Shown one piece after another: positions 50,719 to 61,106 of a stretch of 64,000 nt of DNA. Made by a program: the position numbers and the translations under genes. Under the pieces are notes generated by a model that ran no database searches, had not been told where the DNA came from, and saw nothing but the letters and a program-made list of their open reading frames with translations. This DNA is from an uncultured delta proteobacterium. Lineage in GTDB: Bacteria; Desulfobacterota; RBG-13-43-22. The stretch lies in contig CAWBOS010000010.1 of assembly GCA_963790475.1 (NCBI GenBank), positions 608,001 through 672,000 on the forward strand, given 5' to 3'. How positions within the stretch are numbered: the stretch's first letter is position 1; each line of letters opens with the position of its first letter.

Positions 50719-51105
50719 ATGGCCTATAACATTTTAATTGTAGACGATTCCAACACCATGAGAAAGGTTATTCTAAAGGCCTTGACGCTTTCCGGCTTTG
50801 AATTGGGGGATTGTCTAGAGGCTGGAAACGGGCAAGAAGCCTTGATTGTCCTGGACTCCCACTGGATCGATTTGATTTTGACGGATCTGAATATGCCGGT
50901 CATGAACGGTTGGGAATTGGTCCATTACTTAAAAGATCACCCAACCTATGCCGAGATTCCAGTAGTGCTGATTACCACCGAAGGCAGTGAAACGCGGCTC
51001 CGGGAATTATTTGAATTGGGGATCAAGGACTATATTCAAAAACCCTTTCACCCCGAAACGCTACGGGACATATTAACTCGTATCCTGGAGAAACCCCATG
51101 TATGA
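50719..51105 (+). CDS. cheY: Single-domain response regulator CheY
   Basis: ILIVDDS, TDLNMP, KPF; lies in the che operon. Confidence 0.85.
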   Translation: MAYNILIVDDSNTMRKVILKALTLSGFELGDCLEAGNGQEALIVLDSHWIDLILTDLNMPVMNGWELVHYLKDHPTYAEIPVVLITTEGSETRLRELFELGIKDYIQKPFHPETLRDILTRILEKPHV

Positions 51106-51613
51106 AAAAATTCGAAAGGCGGCTATTTTTGCTACCCTCAATATTTTTGAAACAATGTTTTTTACCTTTTTAGAACCGCTGGAAGGCAATGGGTCTCTCG
51201 CGGAAACGGTAACGGAAGAGGAGAAGGAATTCGACTTGCCACCCGAGTCTCAAAGCCCCGGGTTCCTGAAAAGTGAAATTCATTTTACAGGTCTTTATTC
51301 AGGGTTTTTGCGGCTGTTCATTCCCTATGGCCTCAGCAAGGTGTTGACTATGAATTTTATGGGGTTTGAAGAAGAGGTAACCGACCCCCAACTCGCGGAT
51401 ATGGCAGCTGAATTGACCAACATGGTTTGCGGCAATTTGTTTTCCTCTCTCGATAAAACATCGGTTTATACCCTGAGTTCGCCGTCAACCCAAAGGATTT
51501 CCCTTGAGGACAAATTGAAACCGGCGGACTCCGAGGATATTAGCTTGGATTTTTCAACCGAGGGACAACAAATTTCCATTACGATCCAACTTGAAAAATC
51601 AAAAGAAGATTAA
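51098..51613 (+). CDS. cheX: CheX-like phosphatase
   Basis: DMAAELTNMVCGN (ExxN) motif. Confidence 0.7.
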   Translation: MYEKIRKAAIFATLNIFETMFFTFLEPLEGNGSLAETVTEEEKEFDLPPESQSPGFLKSEIHFTGLYSGFLRLFIPYGLSKVLTMNFMGFEEEVTDPQLADMAAELTNMVCGNLFSSLDKTSVYTLSSPSTQRISLEDKLKPADSEDISLDFSTEGQQISITIQLEKSKED

Positions 51614-51719
51614 CGAAATTAATTATATTTTTTCTACCATTAACGACTTCAGGTGCTGCTTTCGACCGGGAGCCAGTCCTTAGAGTAAGGCAACCTGCTT
51701 AACTGGAGGGTTGGCGTCG

Positions 51720-51940
51720 ATGCCTTTGGACGATCAAGACCTTCATGAAAACGAGCGTTTTCAATATCTTCTGAAACCCGGTTACGTCTTTCTGAGTCAG
51801 GAACCCACGCTGATCTATACCGTCCTCGGTTCGGCAGTCACCGTCTGTCTTTGGGACCGGAAAAACCGATACGGGAGGTGGCCCACTTTCTCTATCCTAT
51901 AATTAACACATTGAATCAAACTACAACCCAATATGTTTTT
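51720..51940 (+). pseudogene. cheD: Second CheD, frameshifted and truncated
   Basis: YLLKPGY...TVLGSAVTVCLWD, then a frameshift into HFLYP...; catalytic Cys replaced (GSA); remainder absent. Confidence 0.7.
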
Positions 51941-52060
51941 CTTGACAGAATAAATGGTTGTGCGAAAATGGAACATCGTTTTGTCCGGTAACGATGTTAA
52001 TCTTCCTGGCAGGGGAAGACCTTTTAATTATTAGCGATTGGAAATGGATAATTAGATACA

Positions 52061-53485
52061 ATGCCTCATATTTTAGTTATTGACGATGATCCGTCGGTCC
52101 GAAATATCCTGGAAGATTTTTTACAGTTAAAAGGTTTTGAAGTATCGGTGACCGGGGACGGCGAGAGTGGCGCCTCTCTGATCCAGGAGCGACGTTTTGA
52201 TCTTTTTCTGGTGGATCTGGTCTTACCGGGTATGGGTGGGATGGAGGTTTTGAAGAAGGTCTACTCCCACAATATCAATATCCCGGCCATTGTCATAACC
52301 GGTTTTGGGGCCATTGAAACGGCAGTAGAAGCCATAAAATTAGGTGCCTTTGACTACATAACCAAACCTTTTATCCTGGAAGAACTTTTATTGGTAGTAC
52401 AAAGGGCCCTTGATTTCTCCAGACTCAAACAGGAAAATCTCTCTCTTAAAAGACAGTTAAAACAAAGGTATGATTTTCAGGGCCTGATCGGAAGTTCCCC
52501 TCAAATGCAGAAGGTCTACAGGTTGATCAAAAAGATTTCCGATACCGATGCCACTATTCTGATCGAAGGTGAGAGCGGAACCGGGAAGGAGCTGATTGCC
52601 AAGACGATTCACTTTAACAGTTCCAGGGCCCAAAATCCCTTTCTTCCTTTTAATTGTGCGGCCATCCCCAGGGACCTCTTGGAATCGGAACTCTTTGGCC
52701 ATGAGAGAGGGGCCTTTACCGGGGCCATTAATACCCGGATTGGCCGGTTTGAACGGGCCAACGGGGGTACGATTTTACTTGATGAGATCGGTGAATTGCA
52801 TCCATCCTTCCAGGTCAAACTACTTCGGGTGCTGCAGGAAAGGGAATTCGAGAGAGTCGGCGGTTCGAAAACTATTAAAGTGGACGTAAGAATCCTGGCG
52901 GCCACTAACAAAAATCTGGAAAAGGAAACCAGGGCGGGAAATTTTCGTGAAGATCTCTTTTATCGTTTGAATGTAATCCCTCTTCACATTCCTTCGCTGA
53001 GGGAAAGACGTGAAGATGTTTCTTTGCTGACGGATTATTTCCTTAACTATTTTTCGAAAAAAAGGAAAAGGGAAAACGTCCGGATAGATCCGGAGGTCGT
53101 CCATCTATTTATGCAATATCCTTGGCCGGGGAATGTCAGAGAACTTGAGAATTTAATAGAAAGGGTTATCATCTTAAGTGAGGACGGTCTGATCCTCCCC
53201 AAAGACTTACCTCAAAGATTTCAAGATTTCCAGGGACTGCCACTATCTCCCCAAGAACAATCGGAGGTCCCAATCATACCTGCTGAACCGGTTCGGGAGA
53301 TTTTGCTTCCGGAGCAGGGCGTTAATATGAATAGCCTGGTCGAAGAAATGGAAAAGAGCCTGATTCAACAGGCCATCCGAAAATCAAAAGGGGTCAAAAG
53401 TAAGGCCGCGGAGCTGCTTGGTTTGAAGAGGACCACTTTGTTGGAGAAGATGAAAAAATTTGAGATCGACCTCAATTACTCCTGA
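52061..53485 (+). CDS. sigma-54-dependent response regulator (NtrC family)
   Basis: Receiver, GESGTGKE, GAFTGA, Fis-HTH. Confidence 0.93.
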   Translation: MPHILVIDDDPSVRNILEDFLQLKGFEVSVTGDGESGASLIQERRFDLFLVDLVLPGMGGMEVLKKVYSHNINIPAIVITGFGAIETAVEAIKLGAFDYITKPFILEELLLVVQRALDFSRLKQENLSLKRQLKQRYDFQGLIGSSPQMQKVYRLIKKISDTDATILIEGESGTGKELIAKTIHFNSSRAQNPFLPFNCAAIPRDLLESELFGHERGAFTGAINTRIGRFERANGGTILLDEIGELHPSFQVKLLRVLQEREFERVGGSKTIKVDVRILAATNKNLEKETRAGNFREDLFYRLNVIPLHIPSLRERREDVSLLTDYFLNYFSKKRKRENVRIDPEVVHLFMQYPWPGNVRELENLIERVIILSEDGLILPKDLPQRFQDFQGLPLSPQEQSEVPIIPAEPVREILLPEQGVNMNSLVEEMEKSLIQQAIRKSKGVKSKAAELLGLKRTTLLEKMKKFEIDLNYS

Positions 53486-53517
53486 ACATGCGAAAAAAAG
53501 GCCCTTTACTTAACACG

Positions 53518-53568
53518 TAAAAACCCCCTCTGGCCTCTTTGCCCAAGAGGATCAGAGGGGGTTTTTAG
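53518..53568. terminator. Bidirectional terminator-like hairpin
   Basis: TAAAAACCCCCTCTG...CAGAGGGGGTTTTTA. Confidence 0.7.
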
Positions 53569-53869
53569 CGATCTGAAGATTTGACCTTTAATAAAATTCT
53601 CTGATAAGGACAAAACCCCTTAACCTGAAAGTGTTTTCCCCTTCGTTGTTTTTTTGCCGAATTCTTTTCCTTAGTCATTTTTTTGACAAACATCTCCCCA
53701 TAATTCCTTAAAAGTTACAACAATTCTTTCTTCTCATACCCTTGGATCTTTCGGGGAATGATCTTGTCAAATGGTAACAAAAAAAAAATATTAAAAATTC
53801 TGATAGTTGAAGAACTATTGTCCAACTGAGACCCCTTGATAGAACTTTGAGTGAAATGAATGGAGCCTG

Positions 53870-53885
53870 TGGCATATTTGTTGCT
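53870..53885 (+). promoter_or_regulatory. sigma-54 promoter
   Basis: TGGCATATTTGTTGCT, GG-N10-GC. Confidence 0.75.
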
Positions 53886-53898
53886 TTGTTGTTAAAGC

Positions 53899-55707
53899 AT
53901 GAAGTTGAACCCGGCAATTTTGTTAATAACGATCGGCTGTTTTATCCCTGGATTTCTCCCAGCCATGACTATTGAGGAGGGGATTGTCGCTCCCGAGCTA
54001 AAAAAAGCCTGGGAATTGACAAAGACGGATCGTCCGGCCGATGCCCTTCGATTTCTTTTAGAAAAGAAACCTGGCTCATCAACCGGCATTTATTACCATT
54101 TTATTTATGGCCGAGCCTTGGAGGCCATGAAAAAACCGGGGGAGGCTCTGGAGCATTATCGGTCGGCTTATTTCGAGGCCCCTTCGGAGGAACTTAAAGA
54201 ATTGACCTTCCTGGAAAGGGCCGAGGCTTATCTTCGAATCCATAATTATTATGAGGCCAAAACGGTCTTCAGTCTCTTTCTAAAAAACTTCAGTAAATCA
54301 AATCAGGTGACCAGGGCCAATTTAGGGTTGGCCCAAAGTTTAACAGGAATGGATTGCTTGACGGAAGCCCTGCAATATTATGAAAAGGCCGGGGAAGGAT
54401 CGGCGGTTATCTTCGCCAAGGCCAATATCCTTCATCGTCTGGGGCGTTTGGAAGAAGCCCATCAATTATATTTGAAAGGGATTGCTGCCGACAAGACTTA
54501 TTTTTTGAGTTTACCGGAGCATATTTTCTATTATGGAGAAAACCTCCAACAAATGGGAAAAGATCAGGAAGCTGTACAGTACCTAACCTCGAAGATGGGA
54601 GACCCCATTTTTGAAAGGAAGGCAGATCTTGTTTTGGGTCGAATGGCCTGTAAGACAAGAAAATTTGATGAAGCCCAAAGGTTATTTTCTTCGGCTCTTT
54701 ACTCCCCGGATCATACAACCAGGCAAGAAGCCCTTTTCTATTTAGCCGAGACCCATTTAGGGGTCGGCAAGAAAACCCAAGCCAGACAGGAATTTCAGGA
54801 GTATTGGTCCAAATATCCGGCTGGAAAGGCCTATGAAGAGGTCTTGCTAAAATTAGGCAAGCTGGATCTGGAAGAGGGGAGGTATGAACAAGCAAACCGT
54901 TGGATCAAGGAATTAAGCTTTCGTTTTCCGGTAAAGGAAAAGACCTTAACGGATCTGGAATGGTTTTTTTTGCAACTAAAGGAAAAGGACCCTATCCGAA
55001 TGGTCTATTTATGGAATTTCATCGGTTATAAGCTCTTAAATATATCCCGGGAGCCTTTTCTTTTGATTATGGCCACTGCCTTGAAAGGAAAAGGAAAGCC
55101 TTATATTGAACTCCAGCAATGGCTGGCCAAAAACGGTTCTGAAAGGGTTAGAAGTCAAAGCGTAATGGCCCTGGTCCAGGTCCAGGTGGACACTGGAAAC
55201 CTGGGGGCGGCTATGGAAGGAATCCGGCTGCTGAAGACCTTAAAAGCCGGCGGGGATGAAATCCTTCGTCTTGAAGCCAGGATCTGCCATGCTAAAATGG
55301 ATTATGGCACGGCTTCGGAACGGCTTCTCTCCTTAAAAAAGATGGAAGCTGGGGATATGGCCCTCTTGCAGGACTCCCTCCTTTCGGCCAGAGATGTCGA
55401 TAAGGCCTTGGCCGTCTTTCAAAAAAACCTCCTTAAGCTGGGGGGAAATTCCCTCGCTTATATAAAACTTGCCGACGTTTTTTATGAAAAAGGGAAAAAG
55501 AAAGAGGCCCTTCAATGGTACCGAAAGGTCCTGGAAAATGATCCCATGAATGAGTGGGCTCTCTATAGGGCAGGCAGCCTGATGGCCGGGGAAGAAGGTC
55601 AGAAACTTTTGGGGAGGATTAAAAGTGAAACTTCCCTCTTGGGAAAATTCGCCCGGGCAGGTTTAAGAGAAATAGAAATCCAAAAAAAGTTAGGAGATTC
55701 TTTGTAA
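53899..55707 (+). CDS. Exported tetratricopeptide repeat protein (flagellar cluster)
   Basis: Signal-peptide-like start, multiple TPRs; TAATG-coupled to the kinase. Confidence 0.85.
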   Translation: MKLNPAILLITIGCFIPGFLPAMTIEEGIVAPELKKAWELTKTDRPADALRFLLEKKPGSSTGIYYHFIYGRALEAMKKPGEALEHYRSAYFEAPSEELKELTFLERAEAYLRIHNYYEAKTVFSLFLKNFSKSNQVTRANLGLAQSLTGMDCLTEALQYYEKAGEGSAVIFAKANILHRLGRLEEAHQLYLKGIAADKTYFLSLPEHIFYYGENLQQMGKDQEAVQYLTSKMGDPIFERKADLVLGRMACKTRKFDEAQRLFSSALYSPDHTTRQEALFYLAETHLGVGKKTQARQEFQEYWSKYPAGKAYEEVLLKLGKLDLEEGRYEQANRWIKELSFRFPVKEKTLTDLEWFFLQLKEKDPIRMVYLWNFIGYKLLNISREPFLLIMATALKGKGKPYIELQQWLAKNGSERVRSQSVMALVQVQVDTGNLGAAMEGIRLLKTLKAGGDEILRLEARICHAKMDYGTASERLLSLKKMEAGDMALLQDSLLSARDVDKALAVFQKNLLKLGGNSLAYIKLADVFYEKGKKKEALQWYRKVLENDPMNEWALYRAGSLMAGEEGQKLLGRIKSETSLLGKFARAGLREIEIQKKLGDSL

Positions 55708-56954
55708 TGCTCGAAGCCGGTCATCTCCAACAAGCCTTTTCAAATTTTACGGCGGCTTCCAAGAGTCTGGAAGCTTACTATCAAAAACTTCAGGAGGAGG
55801 TCCATTATTTAACCGGCATCCTGGAGGAGACCAACCAGCAACTTTCCGAGGCCTTAAGTCAGGCCGAAGAGTCCAAGGATTTTTTAAATGGGATCCTGCA
55901 AGGTCTCGAAGAAGCCATTATTGTTTTAGACCCTAAGGAACGGGTGACTATGTTGAACCGGGCCGCGGAAGACCTCCTGGAACACCGGGCCATTGAAATG
56001 ATCGGACGGTCTTTCCACCAGTTGGATATCACCATCCTGGAAGAAGGAACTGATACCCGGTTAGTCACCCAGAACCAAAAAATTCAGATTATTATTTCCC
56101 GTTCTCTCATTCAGGACTCGGAAGGATTGCTGAGAGGATATGTGGTGCTGATTAAAGATATTTCCCTGATCAAGGAATTGGAGATTCAGCGGGAGAGAAA
56201 TAAGCGGCTGATTGCCATGGGAGAAATGGCGGCCAAATTGGTCCATGAGATAAGAAATCCCCTGTGCAGTATCGAACTCTATGCCAGCATGTTGGCTGGA
56301 GACCTGGAGCAGACGGTCCATGCCGAACTGGCCAAAGGGATTTCTCTGGGTATTAAAAGCCTGAATCATGTTTTAACCAATATGCATTATTTTGCCATCC
56401 CTCAAAAGCCATTATTTGCCTGGGTCGATTTTAGGAAAACATTGGAGGAGCTGTTTTTTATGCTCAGACCCTTGACCGAAGCCAAAAGGATTCATTTATG
56501 TAAAAAATTGAACGGGCAGACTAAGCTCTGGGGGGACGGGGAGCTCATCAAACAGGTCCTGTTGAATATCCTGTTGAACGCCACCGAGGCTACCCCGGAA
56601 GAAGGAGCGGTGGAACTTTCTCTCCGCAAAGTGGATAAGGATGAAATGGTCGTTGAGATAAAGGATCGCGGCCCCGGCATCCCTCCTGAATTCATGGAAA
56701 GGATCTTCGATCCATTTTTCAGTCTAAAGGAGAAAGGGTCCGGGTTGGGACTGTCCATCGCCGCCAATATTATGCAGGCCCACAGCGGGACCATCAAAGT
56801 GCATAACGATGGGGAAGGGGGGGCCTGTTTCCAGCTTATATTCCCTTCAGCAGAATCAAAGGAATCAGGACTTAGAAAAAAGAAAATCGAAAAAAATTCT
56901 TATTTAATGACACAGAAAAGGGAGTCGGCCAATGAAGCCTATCCTTGTGGTTGA
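55707..56954 (+). CDS. PAS sensor histidine kinase (FlgS/FlrB-like)
   Basis: AKLVHEIRNPL H-box, NILLNA, DRGPGI, GSGLGL. Confidence 0.9.
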   Translation: MLEAGHLQQAFSNFTAASKSLEAYYQKLQEEVHYLTGILEETNQQLSEALSQAEESKDFLNGILQGLEEAIIVLDPKERVTMLNRAAEDLLEHRAIEMIGRSFHQLDITILEEGTDTRLVTQNQKIQIIISRSLIQDSEGLLRGYVVLIKDISLIKELEIQRERNKRLIAMGEMAAKLVHEIRNPLCSIELYASMLAGDLEQTVHAELAKGISLGIKSLNHVLTNMHYFAIPQKPLFAWVDFRKTLEELFFMLRPLTEAKRIHLCKKLNGQTKLWGDGELIKQVLLNILLNATEATPEEGAVELSLRKVDKDEMVVEIKDRGPGIPPEFMERIFDPFFSLKEKGSGLGLSIAANIMQAHSGTIKVHNDGEGGACFQLIFPSAESKESGLRKKKIEKNSYLMTQKRESANEAYPCG

Positions 56955-58269
56955 TGATGACCTCCAGATGAGAACGGCTCTGAAAGAAGCCATCTCCAGG
57001 ATCGGTTTTGAAGCGGTCCTGGCCGGGGATGGGCAGGATGCCCTGCAAAAAATGAATCATTCCTCATTTTCCATGATTGTCACCGATATGAAAATGCCCA
57101 AGCTGGATGGCCTGTCTCTGTTAAAGGAAATTCGGCGAAAGATGGGCCATATCCCGATCCTGGTTATAACCGGCTTCGGAACCATTCAAGATGCCGTGGA
57201 GGTGATGAAGGAAGGGGCTTCGGATTATCTCCTAAAGCCCTTCTCTTTTGAAGCCCTGATGACCAAGATACGGATTCTAATGGAGCGGATTCATCAGGAG
57301 AGGGGACTGATTACTGAAAATCAAAAAATGTTGCAACTCTTGAAAATAGCCGAAGAAGTCGCCCCCAGCGACACCTCCGTTCTGATTTATGGGGAAAGCG
57401 GAACCGGAAAGGAGCTTCTGGCCGGGATCATCCATAAAAAAAGTCGTCGAAACAGAAAGCCTTTGGTGGCCATCAATTGTGCGGCCATCCCTGACAGCCT
57501 GATGGAATCCGAATTGTTCGGTCATGAAAAGGGGGCCTTCACCGGGGCAACCGAGAAAAAGATAGGGAAATTCGAGTTCGCCAACCAGGGTACCATCCTC
57601 CTGGACGAGATCGGGGAAATGTCCCTTAATCTTCAGGCCAAGCTGTTACGGGTTTTGCAAGAAAGGGAAATAAATCGAGTGGGAGGAAATCAGGCCATTC
57701 CTATTGATATCCGGGTCATCGCCACCACCAACCGGGATTTATATAAAGAATCCCTGGAAGGTAAATTTAGAGAAGACCTTTTTTACCGGCTCAATGTCTT
57801 TCCTCTCCATATTCCTCCGTTACGCGAAAGACCCGAAGATATCTCTTCGTTGTCGCATCATTTTCTAAAAGAATTTTCCGGGTTGCTCGGCAAAAATATC
57901 CAGGGATTCACTCCGGCAGCCATGGATTTTCTGATGGACAGGTCATGGAGAGGGAATATCAGGGAACTTCAAAATACCATCCTCCGGTCGGTTCACCTCA
58001 GCCGGGGAGATCTGATCGATAGTAAGGATTTTATGATCGAAGAAAAGTCTTCTCCCGCTTTATCTTCTCCTGGAAAGATCAGGGAGTTGGAAAAAGATAT
58101 GATCTTAAAGACACTGAAAGAGGTCAATGGGAACAAGACCCAAGCGGCCAGGATTCTGGGGGTCAGTGTCCGGACCATCAGGAATAAACTCCATGAGTAC
58201 GGAAATTTTTTTCCCATCCCTCAATTGGAAAAACCCCAAGGGGCTCCGGGAGATCATCAAAGTCAGTAA
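56932..58269 (+). CDS. sigma-54-dependent response regulator (FlgR/FlrC-like)
   Basis: Receiver, GESGTGKE, GAFTGA, HTH (VSVRTIRNKL); precedes flgB. Confidence 0.92.
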   Translation: MKPILVVDDDLQMRTALKEAISRIGFEAVLAGDGQDALQKMNHSSFSMIVTDMKMPKLDGLSLLKEIRRKMGHIPILVITGFGTIQDAVEVMKEGASDYLLKPFSFEALMTKIRILMERIHQERGLITENQKMLQLLKIAEEVAPSDTSVLIYGESGTGKELLAGIIHKKSRRNRKPLVAINCAAIPDSLMESELFGHEKGAFTGATEKKIGKFEFANQGTILLDEIGEMSLNLQAKLLRVLQEREINRVGGNQAIPIDIRVIATTNRDLYKESLEGKFREDLFYRLNVFPLHIPPLRERPEDISSLSHHFLKEFSGLLGKNIQGFTPAAMDFLMDRSWRGNIRELQNTILRSVHLSRGDLIDSKDFMIEEKSSPALSSPGKIRELEKDMILKTLKEVNGNKTQAARILGVSVRTIRNKLHEYGNFFPIPQLEKPQGAPGDHQSQ

Positions 58270-58277
58270 TTCTTGAT

Positions 58278-58293
58278 TGGCATGATATTTGTA
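58278..58293 (+). promoter_or_regulatory. sigma-54 promoter of the flgB operon
   Basis: TGGCATGATATTTGTA (-12 GC changed to GT). Confidence 0.6.
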
Positions 58294-58319
58294 AATAAAT
58301 TTATCTTTGAGGAAGCAAA

Positions 58320-58691
58320 ATGGATAAAGGGATTCAGCTTTTAGAGGAAATAATAAAGACCAGCGCCTTCCGTCATAAAGTGTTGGCCTCCAATATTGCC
58401 AATGTCGATACCCCGGGCTACAAGGCCAAAGATGTTCCTTTTAAAGAGGAAATGAACAATCAAGTCATCGGTATGATCAAGACCAGTCCCGATCATATCC
58501 AAGGAACGAAAATCCCGCAAGAAACGAGGGGGATGATTCCTGTAGAACGAACTTCCTGGGAGGATGGAAACAATGTGGCCTTGGATATGGAATTGGCCAA
58601 AATGACTGAAAATGCACTTTTGTATGAGGCCGGGGTCAGACTCTTGTCCAAGAAATTGATGATCTATAAAAATGCCATTAAAGGGAGATAA
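58320..58691 (+). CDS. flgB: Flagellar basal-body rod protein FlgB
   Basis: ASNIANVDTPGYKAKD, DGNNV. Confidence 0.95.
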   Translation: MDKGIQLLEEIIKTSAFRHKVLASNIANVDTPGYKAKDVPFKEEMNNQVIGMIKTSPDHIQGTKIPQETRGMIPVERTSWEDGNNVALDMELAKMTENALLYEAGVRLLSKKLMIYKNAIKGR

Positions 58692-58693
58692 TT

Positions 58694-59107
58694 ATGGATT
58701 CTTTCGCCATTTTTAAGGTCAGTGCCTCGGCCCTGGATGCCCAAAGGGGCCGAATGAACACCATTGCTTCCAATATGGCTAATATTCATTCCACCCAGAC
58801 CGAGTCCGGAGGACCCTATAAAAAGAAAGAGGTGGTTTTTTCGACTCTTCCGATGGATTCGGACCAGTCTTCCGCCCTGGAAGGCGTGAAACTCGTACAA
58901 GTAGTCGACAGTCAGGAGCCTTTTAAAAAAATATTCGATCCAGGCCATCCTGATGCGGATAAAGACGGTTTTGTCAGTTTACCGAACATCAATATCATGG
59001 AAGAGATGGTCAACATGATGATGGCGGTCAAGGCCTATGAAGCTAATGTGACCACTTTCAATATGTCCAAGACTATGTTTCTTAAGGCCTTAGAAATAGG
59101 GAGGTAG
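58694..59107 (+). CDS. flgC: Flagellar basal-body rod protein FlgC
   Basis: ASNMAN, DPGHPDAD, AYEANV. Confidence 0.96.
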   Translation: MDSFAIFKVSASALDAQRGRMNTIASNMANIHSTQTESGGPYKKKEVVFSTLPMDSDQSSALEGVKLVQVVDSQEPFKKIFDPGHPDADKDGFVSLPNINIMEEMVNMMMAVKAYEANVTTFNMSKTMFLKALEIGR

Positions 59108-59109
59108 AT

Positions 59110-59400
59110 ATGACTGAAATTAAGGGTATCGAATCGGTTACCTCTGCCAAGTCCATACAGGGAAAAGCCGCTCCGAAAGACTCGGGGGAAAATTTTGAAA
59201 TCCTCTTGAAAGAAGCGGTGAGCAAAGTGAATACCGTACAAAATGAAGCGGAAAAAGCGATCCAGGAATTGGCTGGGGGAGGGGACATCTCCACTGCCGT
59301 TATTGCCATGGAAAAGGCCGATCTTTCTTTCCAGGTCATGATTGAAGTCCGGAATAAGCTGATCAGTGCTTATGAAGAGATCATGCGGTTACAGGTTTAA
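59110..59400 (+). CDS. fliE: Flagellar hook-basal body protein FliE
   Basis: EVRNKLISAYEEIMRLQV. Confidence 0.95.
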   Translation: MTEIKGIESVTSAKSIQGKAAPKDSGENFEILLKEAVSKVNTVQNEAEKAIQELAGGGDISTAVIAMEKADLSFQVMIEVRNKLISAYEEIMRLQV

Positions 59401-59564
59401 GAAAGAGGATCGAGGATGACATCACCAGTTTTGAGTTGGGAGTTCAAATTAAAACCAATTACTCCTAACTAAGGACTCCAGATTAAAAATCCGGCCCAAC
59501 CAAGGAATGCCCATCAAGGGGAACGTGAACGTTAAAAAAGAAAGTTGAAAAAAAAGGAAACACT

Positions 59565-61103
59565 GTGGCAGATTTAATCGAAATAATAAAAAATTGGCCG
59601 ATTAAAAAGAAAGTATCCCTTCTGGTCCTGACCGGGGTCTCTCTGGCCAGCTTGATTTTCCTCTTCTCCTGGTCGCAAAAAACTAATTACCAGATCTTAT
59701 ACACTAACATCAGCGAAGGGGATTCCGGGTTGATTATGCAAAAACTCAAGGAGTTAAAAGTCCCCTACAAAGTGGAAGGGGGGGGGATCCTTGTCCCCTC
59801 CGAAAAGGTGTACGAACTGAGACTTCAATTGGCCGCTCAGGGTTTACCGCAAGGTGGGGGGATTGGCTTTGAAATTTTTGATAAAACCAATTTTGGGGCT
59901 TCAGATTTTGTTCAAAAGTTAAATTATCGCCGGGCCTTACAAGGGGAACTTTCCCGGACCATTCAATCCCTTTCGGAGATCGAAAACTGCAGAGTCCATC
60001 TGGCTGTCCCTGAAAAAAACATATTTATGGAGAAGGAATCCAAGCCCAGCGCCTCGGTGATGATAAAATTGAAACCCGGAAGAAACCTGTCGCAGAACCA
60101 GGTTCAGGGGGTTGTCCATCTCATATCGAGCAGTGTTGAAGGGTTAAGCCCTCAGGATGTAACCGTTATTGATCACCGGGGAGAGATGTTGACCCGTTCG
60201 GCCCAGGAAGGGGCTGGTCAATTGAATAATGACCAGCTGGAACTGCAGCGCAGTTATGAAAAGGAGATCGAGAACCGAGTGGTCAATATCCTGGAACCGA
60301 TTGCCGGCAAGGAGAAGGTCAGGGCCAAGGCTTCAGCCACACTCGATTTTACCCGGACGGAGAAAACCGAAGAGAAATTTGACCCCAATGGGCAGGTGGT
60401 TCGAAGTGAACAAAAGAATCAGGAGAAATCCGTATCCGGATTGACCGGGGGGGTTCCGGGAACCACATCCAATCTTCCCAACAAAAAGCCCCCCTTGATG
60501 ACATCATCATCGGGGAACACCCAAAAACTCAGCGAAGTGACTAATTATGAGGTCAGTAAAGTCGTCAGTAGGGTCACAGGCCCATCCCAGGAACTGAAGA
60601 GAATTTCCGTAGCCGTCGTGGTGGATGGGACTTACTCGGCTGCCCAGGGAGGAAAAGCTAAAAAATATACCGCGCGAACCGAAGAAGAGATGAAATACTA
60701 TGAAGATCTGGTTAAAAAGGCGGTGGGATTTTCTTTAGACCGGGGGGATGAGGTCCGGGTAGTCAATATGCCTTTTGATACCGGCCCCCAGGAAGAGTTC
60801 CCTGAAACCAAAAGGGATTATTGGCCTCTTCTTCTTTCCACAGCCCGATATGTCGGGCCTTTATTGGCCTTCCTATTGATATTCCTGTTTATTTTGAAAC
60901 CTCTGACCCGGGAGCTGCTTTCTTCGCCTATGGGTTCTTCCAAGATTCCCGGTTTGGCCCTTCCTCAAACCGTGGCCAATATTGAGAAGAGGATCGACTC
61001 CCCTCAACGCAAAGCCATAACCATGGAAGAAGATGTCCGGGTGTGGGCCAAGAAAAACCCCGATCAAGCCGCCCATCTCATCAAAGGTTGGGCCGAGGAG
61101 TAA
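59565..61103 (+). CDS. fliF: Flagellar MS-ring protein FliF
   Basis: GFEIFDK, RALQGELSRTI, RVHLAVP, two TM segments. Confidence 0.96.
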   Translation: MADLIEIIKNWPIKKKVSLLVLTGVSLASLIFLFSWSQKTNYQILYTNISEGDSGLIMQKLKELKVPYKVEGGGILVPSEKVYELRLQLAAQGLPQGGGIGFEIFDKTNFGASDFVQKLNYRRALQGELSRTIQSLSEIENCRVHLAVPEKNIFMEKESKPSASVMIKLKPGRNLSQNQVQGVVHLISSSVEGLSPQDVTVIDHRGEMLTRSAQEGAGQLNNDQLELQRSYEKEIENRVVNILEPIAGKEKVRAKASATLDFTRTEKTEEKFDPNGQVVRSEQKNQEKSVSGLTGGVPGTTSNLPNKKPPLMTSSSGNTQKLSEVTNYEVSKVVSRVTGPSQELKRISVAVVVDGTYSAAQGGKAKKYTARTEEEMKYYEDLVKKAVGFSLDRGDEVRVVNMPFDTGPQEEFPETKRDYWPLLLSTARYVGPLLAFLLIFLFILKPLTRELLSSPMGSSKIPGLALPQTVANIEKRIDSPQRKAITMEEDVRVWAKKNPDQAAHLIKGWAEE

Positions 61104-61106
61104 TCC

